Of a stretch of 37,001 nt of DNA, positions 18,281 through 25,675 are shown one piece after another. The DNA comes from a virus (taxonomy: Duplodnaviria > Caudoviricetes), in the IMG/VR virus record IMGVR_UViG_3300012348_000089, positions 1-37,001 of that record; one strand, 5' to 3'. The notes under the pieces are model-generated. The model saw only the letters and a program-made list of their open reading frames with translations, had not been told where the DNA came from and made no database searches. A program made the position numbers and the translations under genes. The stretch's first letter is position 1, and each line of letters starts with the position of its first letter.

Positions 18281-18553
18281 TTAAGCGACCACATCCAATC
18301 CGACATAATCCTCAATCAAAAAACCATCATTCCAGAAAAACAGACTACCCTTTTTTAGTATCGTTTCTTTATGCGGTTCTGTTGAACGTGGCGTTCCGTA
18401 ATGTGCTGTTTCAAGTTTTACATCAACTTTTCGTCTTTGAATCAAACCTTCGCACCTCACACCATCGGAGTTGATGAAATAAACCTTATCACCTTCTTTA
18501 ACCTTTTTGCCATTAAAAAGGGTAGCCGTTTTTTGTTGAAATAAATTGAACAT
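18281..18553 (-). CDS. hypothetical protein in a cassette-like unit
   Basis: 90 aa ORF tightly bounded by GTTGGGC and GCCCAAC. Confidence 0.7.
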   Translation of the reverse strand: MFNLFQQKTATLFNGKKVKEGDKVYFINSDGVRCEGLIQRRKVDVKLETAHYGTPRSTEPHKETILKKGSLFFWNDGFLIEDYVGLDVVA

Positions 18554-18564
18554 AATTTAACTGC

Positions 18565-18695
18565 GCCCAACAATGTGTTTATGCAAGCGGGGCTGAAACG
18601 CTTTGAATAAACATTAGCACTTAATTTATATTTGTGCATCTATGAAGCGGTAGTGCTAATAATCCCCGCCTGACATAAACACTTGACCGTTAGCG
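18565..18695 (-). mobile_element. integron attC-like recombination site
   Basis: 131-bp imperfect palindrome CGCTAAC...GTTGGGC with an unpaired spacer, 9-bp stem, single extrahelical base and further stems. Confidence 0.65.
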
Positions 18696-18770
18696 GTAAT
18701 TTTGACACCAATATTCTAAATGTTCTTCGTGTTCTTTTTGACAATATTCTGCTATTTCTTTTGGTGTCAT
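18690..18770 (-). CDS. mini ORF (26 aa) ending in the attC-like R'' box
   Basis: MTPKEIAEYCQKEHEEHLEYWCQNYR; its TAA lies inside CGCTAAC. Confidence 0.45.
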   Translation of the reverse strand: MTPKEIAEYCQKEHEEHLEYWCQNYR

Positions 18771-19003
18771 TTTGTTAAGGTTTAAAGGTTCTTATATAAT
18801 AATCTTTACAAGTTTGTTCGGCTATTGGAATATCTTGACCTCCATCCCAATACGCTTCCTCTATTTGCTCACGCTCCATTTGTAGGGCTTGTTGAAACTC
18901 CTCTTGCCATGCAGTACTAAATTGGTTTAAGTTGTTATCTATTTGCTGCATTAGCCATTGTACGGCGGTTAACTTCTTTTCCATTTGTTAAGGTTTAAAG
19001 GTT
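18771..19003. repeat. 20-bp direct repeats flanking one gene
   Basis: TTTGTTAAGGTTTAAAGGTT at 18771-18790 and 18984-19003. Confidence 0.9.
18775..18984 (-). CDS. hypothetical phage protein (TAVQWL...MEREQI family)
   Basis: 69 aa; motif pattern common in small genes of Bacteroidota phages. Confidence 0.75.
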   Translation of the reverse strand: MEKKLTAVQWLMQQIDNNLNQFSTAWQEEFQQALQMEREQIEEAYWDGGQDIPIAEQTCKDYYIRTFKP

Positions 19004-19359
19004 AATTCGGTGTTGGTTAAAGCGAAGTATAGGTTTTGAAGTTGGTGGAGATATTGAATAGGATTCCCAATTAACTGTTGTTTTTTAAAAGTAGAAAATT
19101 GAAAGCCGCTTGGGTAACATTCGTTTAGGTAATAAAATTCAACAACATCTTGATGCTGCCTAAATGCTTGATGATATATACTCCAATTAAACCCGCACTT
19201 ATATAATATTTCAGGGGTAAGGGGGATGGGTTGATAAAACTCTACGCCGATGCCCTTTTCTATTGTGCCAATATCATTAGCATTAATGACGGCTGAATGA
19301 TTAGCTCCTTTCGGGTAATATAAATTCCCAACTCTCAATTCATTTGCTAAAATTGCCAT
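18988..19359 (-). CDS. hypothetical phage protein (ELRVGN...HQLQNLYFALT family)
   Basis: 123 aa; PIPLTPEIL and LHQLQNLYFALT motifs. Confidence 0.75.
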   Translation of the reverse strand: MAILANELRVGNLYYPKGANHSAVINANDIGTIEKGIGVEFYQPIPLTPEILYKCGFNWSIYHQAFRQHQDVVEFYYLNECYPSGFQFSTFKKQQLIGNPIQYLHQLQNLYFALTNTELTFKP

Positions 19360-19793
19360 AAAAATGATTTATAAGTTTTTAATCTTCCTCTTTTTAATGC
19401 TGAAAATGCCGTAGGTATTCCGCCTACTGCTTTAGCAGCTTCTGTATATGAATTAAATTTTTTAATAAAAACTCCGTTTAAGTCATATTGCGAAACAGAA
19501 ACTTTGTTTTTTGCGCTTATTCCCCTTTTAGCCAAACTTTGCTTTTCTTTTTGCTTGTCAGTATAATCATACTTTCTGTGACATGAGGGGCAAAGCATAA
19601 TATAATTGTTTCTGTTTTTTGCATAATCCTTGCCCTTTAGCAAAGCCCATTCAAATCTTTTTGGATTAACTGATTCGCAGTTTTCATTTTCGCATTTATT
19701 AGCCTTCCCGTGATGGTAGGATATCCAATTATGTATTCTAAAATACTCTTTATCGTGTTTCATGATACAAATATACAAATATTTTCATTTGCT
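19339..19793. mobile_element. endonuclease insertion bounded by 10-bp direct repeats
   Basis: TTCATTTGCT at 19339-19348 and 19784-19793. Confidence 0.65.
19347..19763 (-). CDS. HNH homing endonuclease with NUMOD1-like C-terminus
   Basis: CENENC...LCPSCHRKYD; VSQYDLNGVFIKKFNSYTEAA; probable start at ATG 19763. Confidence 0.75.
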   Translation of the reverse strand: MKHDKEYFRIHNWISYHHGKANKCENENCESVNPKRFEWALLKGKDYAKNRNNYIMLCPSCHRKYDYTDKQKEKQSLAKRGISAKNKVSVSQYDLNGVFIKKFNSYTEAAKAVGGIPTAFSALKRGRLKTYKSFLWQF

Positions 19794-19828
19794 TGTATCA
19801 TGTTATTGATTTTTTAGTAATCCCTTCC

Positions 19829-20362
19829 TTATATATATTTAAGCAATATTTCTTTTTGTTTTTCTAATTCAGCATCCCTAGCAGCAGCCCAAGCAGCAGC
19901 CCCAGAAGCAGCCCAAGCAGCAGCCCCAGAAGCAGCCCCAGAAGCAACCCCAGCAGCCCTAGCAGCAGCCCAAGTAGCATACCAAGCAACAGCCCTAGCG
20001 GCATCACAAGCAGCATCCCCAGCGGCATCACAAGCAGCAGCCCTAGCAGTATCTAATTCTTCTAAAGTAGCCTCTCCATTGGCATATTTTCTGCTTACGG
20101 CAATAGCATTAACAGCCCTATCATCGTTAGCTAAATGAACTACGCTTTCTGCAAAATCACAAGCCATCAGTCTTATTTCTCTATCACATCCTTCAACTGC
20201 TCGTAATGCCCATATTGCATCTTTCACGCCATTAGACTCAAGAATAGTTCGGATTGGTAGCGGTTCGTCATCTGGTTCTGTTTTGTTTAGAAACAAAAGC
20301 AACTTTGCCCACCCTTCTGTACAAGGGATATGCTGTTTGATTTTGGTTAGTGTAGTTAACAT
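19829..20362 (-). CDS. Ala-rich repeat protein (Imm5-like)
   Basis: PCTEGW...RLMACDFAE N-terminal domain followed by AAWAA/AACDA repeats encoded by 12-bp tandem units. Confidence 0.7.
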   Translation of the reverse strand: MLTTLTKIKQHIPCTEGWAKLLLFLNKTEPDDEPLPIRTILESNGVKDAIWALRAVEGCDREIRLMACDFAESVVHLANDDRAVNAIAVSRKYANGEATLEELDTARAAACDAAGDAACDAARAVAWYATWAAARAAGVASGAASGAAAWAASGAAAWAAARDAELEKQKEILLKYI

Positions 20363-20389
20363 GGTTTGGTTTGTTTAAATTAAAAAATA

Positions 20390-20563
20390 CTAATCCCCAT
20401 CAGTAATATAAAGCATCACAAAACCCACCCAACTTAAAAGTATAAGCATAATTTTTACAGCAGGATGAACTTCCCGTGCAGACAAAGAATTTTGTTTCTT
20501 AAAAAGACGGATTGACAATAATCCTCCAATTACCCAAAACAAAAGAAATAGTAATGCACACAT
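20390..20563 (-). CDS. small membrane protein
   Basis: Two TM segments; ATG 20563 preferred over TTG 20584, which abuts a terminator. Confidence 0.5.
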   Translation of the reverse strand: MCALLFLLFWVIGGLLSIRLFKKQNSLSAREVHPAVKIMLILLSWVGFVMLYITDGD

Positions 20564-20582
20564 AATAATTAATTTTTTACCC

Positions 20583-20613
20583 AAAATGCCCCGCTACTTT
20601 TTAATAGCGAGGC
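20583..20613 (-). terminator. intrinsic terminator
   Basis: Minus strand GCCTCGCTA-loop-TAGCGGGGC followed by ATTTT. Confidence 0.55.
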
Positions 20614-20635
20614 TAGTGTATTGGTGTAGGATTGG

Positions 20636-20821
20636 TTACTGTAACTCAAAATATGTACCCCACTCCATTTTTTCATCAGTAGATAAGCAAGTCATTTGCT
20701 CGCAACTTTCTTCATTTTCTTTAGTTGATATAAAAATATCAAACCCATAATTTCTAAACCAATTAGCAAACAATTCTTGCTGTTCAGAACTGTCAAAAGA
20801 TATTTGAATTAAGGTTTCCAT
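20636..20821 (-). CDS. acidic hypothetical protein
   Basis: 61 aa ORF with an A-rich start region. Confidence 0.6.
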   Translation of the reverse strand: METLIQISFDSSEQQELFANWFRNYGFDIFISTKENEESCEQMTCLSTDEKMEWGTYFELQ

Positions 20822-20963
20822 TTTAATTGTATTTAATGTTATTTAATGAATTTTTTTCGTAGTACTGTGCGGTAATTTGAACTAGTATTGTTTTCATTTC
20901 GTTTTATTTAAAGCGTTAATTAATAACAGCTTTATCGCTGCTTTGATTGGGAGGGGTTTGCTT

Positions 20964-21170
20964 TTATTCATTTACAAAAGATTTTAGGGTATCAAATAAT
21001 TCTAACGTAGTGTTGTAAATATCCGTATGCTTAAACCCTAGCTTATCAAAAAAAGTGCATGACTTGTTCGCTATTGCATACATAATTTCAATTTCCTTTT
21101 GGCTCTCCAACGTAATCTCTAACGTTACGGGCTTAAATTCTTCGGGTTGTTGTTTTACTGTTACTTTCAT
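20964..21170 (-). CDS. hypothetical phage protein
   Basis: 68 aa; FKPVTLEITLES motif. Confidence 0.65.
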   Translation of the reverse strand: MKVTVKQQPEEFKPVTLEITLESQKEIEIMYAIANKSCTFFDKLGFKHTDIYNTTLELFDTLKSFVNE

Positions 21171-21171
21171 G

Positions 21172-21333
21172 TTATTTGGTTTTTAGTTTTCTATTTGGTT
21201 TAGCTTCATCCTTTGCTTTGACATAAGCCTCTAAGCCTTTATCGTAGCTAGTAAAATAGCCTAAATGTTTTCGCTTGCCGTTTACTACTATCATAACCTT
21301 GTATGATCCGTTTTTAATTTTTTCAATGCTCAT
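21172..21333 (-). CDS. stand-alone AP2-like DNA-binding protein (53 aa)
   Basis: GSYKVMIVVNGKRKHLGYFTSYDKGLEAY; first gene of the leftward unit. Confidence 0.65.
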   Translation of the reverse strand: MSIEKIKNGSYKVMIVVNGKRKHLGYFTSYDKGLEAYVKAKDEAKPNRKLKTK

Positions 21334-21351
21334 TTGGTTTGTTTAAGGATT

Positions 21352-21359
21352 CAAATATA
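21352..21359 (-). promoter_or_regulatory. Bacteroidota -7 promoter element for the leftward operon
   Basis: TATATTTG (TAnnTTTG) 18 nt upstream of ATG 21333, in an AT-rich divergent region. Confidence 0.6.
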
Positions 21360-21432
21360 CAAATAGTTTTGATATAAAAAAATATTTTTTACTATTAATA
21401 AAAATAGTACATTCGTGCAAAATTAATTATTT

Positions 21433-21585
21433 ATGAAAAAACAACAAGGTAGACCAAAAATTAACCCATCAGAAAAAAGGGTATTAGTTGCAACGTACAT
21501 AACGGAAAAGCAAAAACAATCGTTAAAAAAGAAATACGGAAATGTATCAAATGCAGTAAGAACAGCTATTTTAGCACAATTGTAA
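21433..21585 (+). CDS. small ribbon-helix-helix-like regulator (50 aa)
   Basis: MKKQQGRPK...VLVATYITEKQKQSLKKKYGNVSNAVRTAI; at the divergence point; TACATTCG -7-like element at 21408. Confidence 0.6.
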   Translation: MKKQQGRPKINPSEKRVLVATYITEKQKQSLKKKYGNVSNAVRTAILAQL

Positions 21586-21653
21586 AAAATAATTAAAAAA
21601 TATTTTGTCAATTCAAAACAACCTATTAACTTCACATTCTAAACTTAAAAAAC

Positions 21654-21935
21654 ATGACAAACTCACAAATTCAGTTACACCAACAGGCCTTACACATTCT
21701 ACACCTTATTGAAGAAAACAACACGCAAATCGCTAAGATGTACGATAAGTGCGTAGAAATTGAGAAATGCCCTAACACAGACCCATCATTTAAGAAAATG
21801 TTTATAGAGCAGTTTCACGATATGATACGTTCAACTCGTGCAACCAAAGTAAACAATGCGGCTACTTACGCCGATATAATGGCGAAGCTAGTTAAACCAG
21901 CGATGGATAGAATGGAATGTATTAATAATCAATAA
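21654..21935 (+). CDS. hypothetical helical protein
   Basis: 93 aa ORF with an A-rich start region. Confidence 0.6.
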   Translation: MTNSQIQLHQQALHILHLIEENNTQIAKMYDKCVEIEKCPNTDPSFKKMFIEQFHDMIRSTRATKVNNAATYADIMAKLVKPAMDRMECINNQ

Positions 21936-21954
21936 ACCTTTAAACACAAATACA

Positions 21955-22623
21955 ATGCAAATTCAAAAGTCAACAACCACAGAAATTATGAGCATAGGCA
22001 AAGCCTTTGCAGAATCGGGAATGTTCCCTGACACTAAAAGTGCAGCCCAAGCAATCGTTAAGATACAAGCTGGGCAAGAAATCGGTATACCGCCATTTGC
22101 CGCTATGAGTGGCATCCATATCATTCAAGGTAAGCCAACGATCGGAGCGGGTATTATGGCATCAATTGTAAAGGGTAGCGGCAAGTACGATTATCGTGTT
22201 GTAGAAAGCACCGAAAAAGTATGCAGCATAGACTTTTATCAAGGCAAAGAAAAGATTGGTAACAGCACATTTACGATTGATGATGCTAAAAAAGCCCTTA
22301 CAAAAAACTTGGACAAGTTCCCTAAAAATATGTTGTTTGCTCGTGCAATGAGTAACGGCGTTAAATGGTATACTCCTGACGTATTTAGCGGACCAGTTTA
22401 CGTTCCCGAAGAAATGACTGCACCTATTACCGAAGATGCGAAAGCAGAAGTTGTAGAGGTTACAACGCCCGAACAAGCCTTGCACATGATTAACGAAGCA
22501 ACAACCGTTGATGCAATAGGTATTATTTTTAAATCATTGCCAATAGAATTGCAAAAAAATAACGATATTATACAATTTTGTAAGGACAAGAAAACGCAAT
22601 TAACTAAAACCGAAAACCAATAA
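21955..22623 (+). CDS. RecT/Red-beta-like single-strand annealing protein
   Basis: GQEIGIPP..AMSGIHIIQGKP...FTIDDAKKA...FPKNMLFARA...PDV. Confidence 0.75.
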   Translation: MQIQKSTTTEIMSIGKAFAESGMFPDTKSAAQAIVKIQAGQEIGIPPFAAMSGIHIIQGKPTIGAGIMASIVKGSGKYDYRVVESTEKVCSIDFYQGKEKIGNSTFTIDDAKKALTKNLDKFPKNMLFARAMSNGVKWYTPDVFSGPVYVPEEMTAPITEDAKAEVVEVTTPEQALHMINEATTVDAIGIIFKSLPIELQKNNDIIQFCKDKKTQLTKTENQ

Positions 22624-22624
22624 C

Positions 22625-23101
22625 ATGAACCAGGAATTATCAACCCAAGTATTGCAGTTGTTTCATACAACTAAAGAACAAAGAAAAGAGTTTGTTCAAA
22701 ACGTAGTTAGTAGTATTGAAAATGGCGAAGCGGATGCAATTAAAGTGCATTTGTTTATTAAGTCAATGGAAGATTTAGTAAAGCAAGTAAATGACGATAA
22801 AACGTATAAGCAGTATCTTTTAGATGCTGCTGAAAAGAACGGCAAAAAGTTTACTGCATTTAACGCCGAGTTTAGCATTCGTGAGGTTGGGGTTAAATAT
22901 GATTACAGCCAATGTAATGATCCTGAAATTGTAGACTTAGAAAACCAAATAAACGAACTTACGGAAAAGCTAAAAGGCAGGTATAAGTTTTTACAAACAG
23001 TACCACAATCGGGCATTGATGTTAGGGTTGGAGATGAAATGGTTACTGTTTACCCGCCGTCTAAATCTTCAACTACTTCTGTAACTGTAACACTTAAGTA
23101 A
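22625..23101 (+). CDS. conserved hypothetical protein in the recombination module
   Basis: 158 aa; EVGVKYDYSQCND motif. Confidence 0.7.
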   Translation: MNQELSTQVLQLFHTTKEQRKEFVQNVVSSIENGEADAIKVHLFIKSMEDLVKQVNDDKTYKQYLLDAAEKNGKKFTAFNAEFSIREVGVKYDYSQCNDPEIVDLENQINELTEKLKGRYKFLQTVPQSGIDVRVGDEMVTVYPPSKSSTTSVTVTLK

Positions 23102-23102
23102 C

Positions 23103-23390
23103 ATGACCTCAAAAGAAGCTATATCTTGGCTAGTTGACACGAACCTAGAACTTGCAAGGCAGTACCGTTGCGCAATAGAGCGTGAAATTTGGCATGTAAA
23201 CCGCATATACAATAATAAGTTAAGCGAAGAAGTTAAAAGGCTGCTAAAGCAAAGTATAAAGGAAATACAAATACCTACTTACCCAAAGCCGCCTTGCAGG
23301 GAAGCGGTTGCGGCGGTATTTAATAAAGTGCCAAAGATAAATTTTTTACTAATAAGGGCGGAGTATCTGAATACGATTGACAGCCTTTAA
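23103..23390 (+). CDS. hypothetical protein
   Basis: 95 aa ORF starting 1 nt after the previous stop. Confidence 0.6.
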   Translation: MTSKEAISWLVDTNLELARQYRCAIEREIWHVNRIYNNKLSEEVKRLLKQSIKEIQIPTYPKPPCREAVAAVFNKVPKINFLLIRAEYLNTIDSL

Positions 23391-23397
23391 CAACACT

Positions 23398-23492
23398 TGC
23401 AGCGTGGCGGAATTGGTAGACGCTAACCTTAACATAAAGCCTATTGGCTTCAATCAAAGGGGATATTGCAGGTTCAAATCCTGCCGCTGCAA
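23398..23492 (+). ncRNA. tRNA-like element lacking a canonical anticodon arm
   Basis: Acceptor TGCAGCG/CGCTGCA, Leu-type D arm GCGGAATTGGTAGACGC, T arm GCAGG-TTCAAAT-CCTGC. Confidence 0.75.
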
Positions 23493-23529
23493 CTTAAACA
23501 AATCGGCTCTGTATAAACCGACCTTTACT

Positions 23530-23820
23530 ATGAGTACACTTTACAATGGCAGTATTTGCCTAAGCGACATCCCGAAAGAAAAGATTACCACTTCTGAAAA
23601 GAATGGTAAGAAGTATTTAAACTTTAATCTTTGGGTAAATGATGAAAAAGACCAATACGGAAATATTGGCTCAATCAATGTAAGTCAGTCAAAAGAAGAA
23701 CGCGAAAGCGGGGCAAAAAAAGTTTACTTCGGCAATATTAAGCCAGTAGAACGTAATGCACAGCCGCAAGCGGCTGCACCGAGCAGTGAACCAAACTTAG
23801 CAGACGATCTTCCTTTTTAG
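23530..23820 (+). CDS. single-stranded DNA-binding protein (probable)
   Basis: Starts MSTLYNGSICL; NGKKYLN, DQYGN and acidic DDLPF tail. Confidence 0.75.
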   Translation: MSTLYNGSICLSDIPKEKITTSEKNGKKYLNFNLWVNDEKDQYGNIGSINVSQSKEERESGAKKVYFGNIKPVERNAQPQAAAPSSEPNLADDLPF

Positions 23821-23832
23821 CCTAACAACCGA

Positions 23833-23858
23833 GTACGGGCGGTTACCCGTACACTTTT
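23833..23858 (+). terminator. intrinsic terminator
   Basis: GTACGGG-loop-CCCGTAC followed by ACTTTT. Confidence 0.55.
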
Positions 23859-23861
23859 AAC

Positions 23862-24029
23862 ATGAAATACTTAATCGGAATTACACTATCTATTATCTTT
23901 TTATTTTGTATTCAGTTCTTAAGTGAAAATATTCTTAAAAAAGAAATACCTGAATTTATTTATGGTTGGCTTTGCTGTATGGCTTACCATATTGGTATTA
24001 AAATTTACGAATTATATAAACAAGATTAA
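23862..24029 (+). CDS. small membrane protein (55 aa)
   Basis: MKYLIGITLSIIFLFCIQFL...; stop 1 nt before ATG 24031. Confidence 0.5.
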   Translation: MKYLIGITLSIIFLFCIQFLSENILKKEIPEFIYGWLCCMAYHIGIKIYELYKQD

Positions 24030-24030
24030 C

Positions 24031-24246
24031 ATGACCAAACCACAATACACAACACTACCAAGCGAGTATTTGCGTAGAAAAAACAATTTAACTCAAACGA
24101 CCTACATTCGCAAACAAGGCAAAGGCTTCTATCTAATTAACGGCGAAGAAATACCCGCTAAAGAATGGGAGAAAGCAAATGAGTTGCCGTTGTCGTTGAG
24201 GTTAGGGCGTGAGAATCCCGATACAACACGCTCTTGGAAATTTTAA
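24031..24246 (+). CDS. hypothetical protein
   Basis: MTKPQY... 71 aa; probable true start within track ORF 23923..24246. Confidence 0.55.
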   Translation: MTKPQYTTLPSEYLRRKNNLTQTTYIRKQGKGFYLINGEEIPAKEWEKANELPLSLRLGRENPDTTRSWKF

Positions 24247-24258
24247 AATAAATAACCT

Positions 24259-24939
24259 ATGTCAATAAAAAATAAGTTTACTGTAAAATCAATAGATAAT
24301 TTTATTTGTAAAGATTGGCTATTAAACAAGCATTATGCAAAAAGAATACCTCCAATTGAATATGCTTTTGGCTTATTTGAGGGTTCTATATTACAAGGCG
24401 TTACCACCTATGGCACACCTGTCGCTAATTCATTGAGAGAAATATTTTTACCAAATTACAAATTGATTGAGTTAAATAGATTGGTTGTAAACGAAGGACT
24501 AGAAAAAAATGCATTATCTTTTTTTGTTAGCGAATCATTAAATATTATACCTAAACCTTACGCAATAGTATCTTATGCAGACACTTCGCATAATCATCAT
24601 GGGTATATTTATCAAGCCACAAATTGGATTTATACTGGTTTGTCTGCTGAATTTAAGGATTATATGGTTAAGGGTATGGAACATTTGCATGGAGCATCTG
24701 TATTTGATTTAAGCAGAGGCAAGGAAAATAGGGTTGAATGGCTAAAAGAAAAATTTGGCGATAAGTTATACATGAAAGATAGGCCTAGAAAACACCGTTA
24801 TTTTTACTTTATTGGCTCAAAAACGGATTGTAATAAAATGAAAAAACTGCTCCCTTACCCAATTGAAGCCTATCCAAAAGGGGATAATAAAAGATACGAT
24901 GCAAGTTATAAGCCGATTACACAACAGCAATTATTTTAA
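24259..24939 (+). CDS. Mom-like DNA adenine modification enzyme
   Basis: KHYAKR, ELNRL and VSYAD..H.GYIYQATNWIYTG motifs. Confidence 0.75.
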   Translation: MSIKNKFTVKSIDNFICKDWLLNKHYAKRIPPIEYAFGLFEGSILQGVTTYGTPVANSLREIFLPNYKLIELNRLVVNEGLEKNALSFFVSESLNIIPKPYAIVSYADTSHNHHGYIYQATNWIYTGLSAEFKDYMVKGMEHLHGASVFDLSRGKENRVEWLKEKFGDKLYMKDRPRKHRYFYFIGSKTDCNKMKKLLPYPIEAYPKGDNKRYDASYKPITQQQLF

Positions 24940-24940
24940 A

Positions 24941-25315
24941 ATGAATCTACCCGAATACCAAGCCGCCGTTCAACACTTTGAACAAGCTATCCGCAGCTTA
25001 TTGCAAGACTATCACATACCCGATGCAACGCCTCAATTATATCGTGCTTATGTAGTTGAAGTATTTGGAGCAGACCCAGCAATACGCGCAAGGTCAAGCG
25101 ACAAAGTAAGCGAGGCGAAACATTGTTATCGTGCATTACTTCGGTTTAATCTTAACTTGTCAACGCAAGAAGCAGCCGACTTATCAGGTGGTATAAACCA
25201 TACAAGCGTATGCAATAGCGTTAAGAAGCATAAAGATTTAATGCTAACCGATAGAGGGTACAATGCAAAGGTAATGGCAGTACAAAGTAAAATTGATGCT
25301 TATGAGCGCAATTAA
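24941..25315 (+). CDS. DnaA C-terminal-like HTH protein
   Basis: AKHCYRALLR...LSTQEAADLSGGINHTSVCNSVKK resembles DnaA domain IV (GGRDHTTV). Confidence 0.6.
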   Translation: MNLPEYQAAVQHFEQAIRSLLQDYHIPDATPQLYRAYVVEVFGADPAIRARSSDKVSEAKHCYRALLRFNLNLSTQEAADLSGGINHTSVCNSVKKHKDLMLTDRGYNAKVMAVQSKIDAYERN

Positions 25316-25505
25316 AGCATACAGCCACCAAGTAGCTGAAATATACGAGAACGGAATAATACAGCGTAGGGTTGTGTTAGTACAAGGCAAAAAGACTAGC
25401 CAAATGATACGCAAGGAAATGCTAACCCGCTTGTATAAGGAAGTAGAAAAAGCGGCTGCGATGCAGAAAGGAAATGTATATTATATAGAAGTTAAATACA
25501 GCTAA
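25302..25505 (+). CDS. hypothetical protein
   Basis: 67 aa ORF tiling between its neighbours. Confidence 0.55.
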   Translation: MSAIKAYSHQVAEIYENGIIQRRVVLVQGKKTSQMIRKEMLTRLYKEVEKAAAMQKGNVYYIEVKYS

Positions 25506-25675
25506 TGGGCATAGACAAACAACCAAACGGGTCATTTAAAGTTACTGTAATGATTGAGCGCAAACGAATATACTTGGGGTATTTTACAAGCTATGCGAGG
25601 GCGGTGGAAGTTTATAATAATGGCAAGAAAAAAAGTAAAAACAATACGGGCAGAAAAATAAAACAAGCAATATGA
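25505..25675 (+). CDS. stand-alone AP2-like DNA-binding protein (56 aa)
   Basis: GSFKVTVMIERKRIYLGYFTSYARAVEVY; TAATG and ATGA coupling on both sides. Confidence 0.65.
   Translation: MGIDKQPNGSFKVTVMIERKRIYLGYFTSYARAVEVYNNGKKKSKNNTGRKIKQAI

Noticed and set aside
18247-18639. Track ORFs 18247..18474 (+) and 18457..18639 (-)
   Set aside because: They overlap the cassette ORF and the attC-like hairpin, which explain the sequence better
19349-19793. Group I intron around the HNH gene
   Set aside because: The insert is almost entirely ORF, leaving no room for a ribozyme core
21423-21635. Track ORF on the minus strand
   Set aside because: Antisense to the more credible RHH-like ORF 21433..21585
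23398-23492. Functional decoding tRNA-Leu
   Set aside because: No pairable anticodon stem around CTTAACA
23377-23529. N-terminal 51 aa of track ORF 23377..23820
   Set aside because: Overlaps the tRNA-like element; ATG 23530 gives a typical SSB-like protein
23923-24030. Hydrophobic N-terminus of track ORF 23923..24246
   Set aside because: Better explained by ORF 23862..24029 followed by ATG 24031
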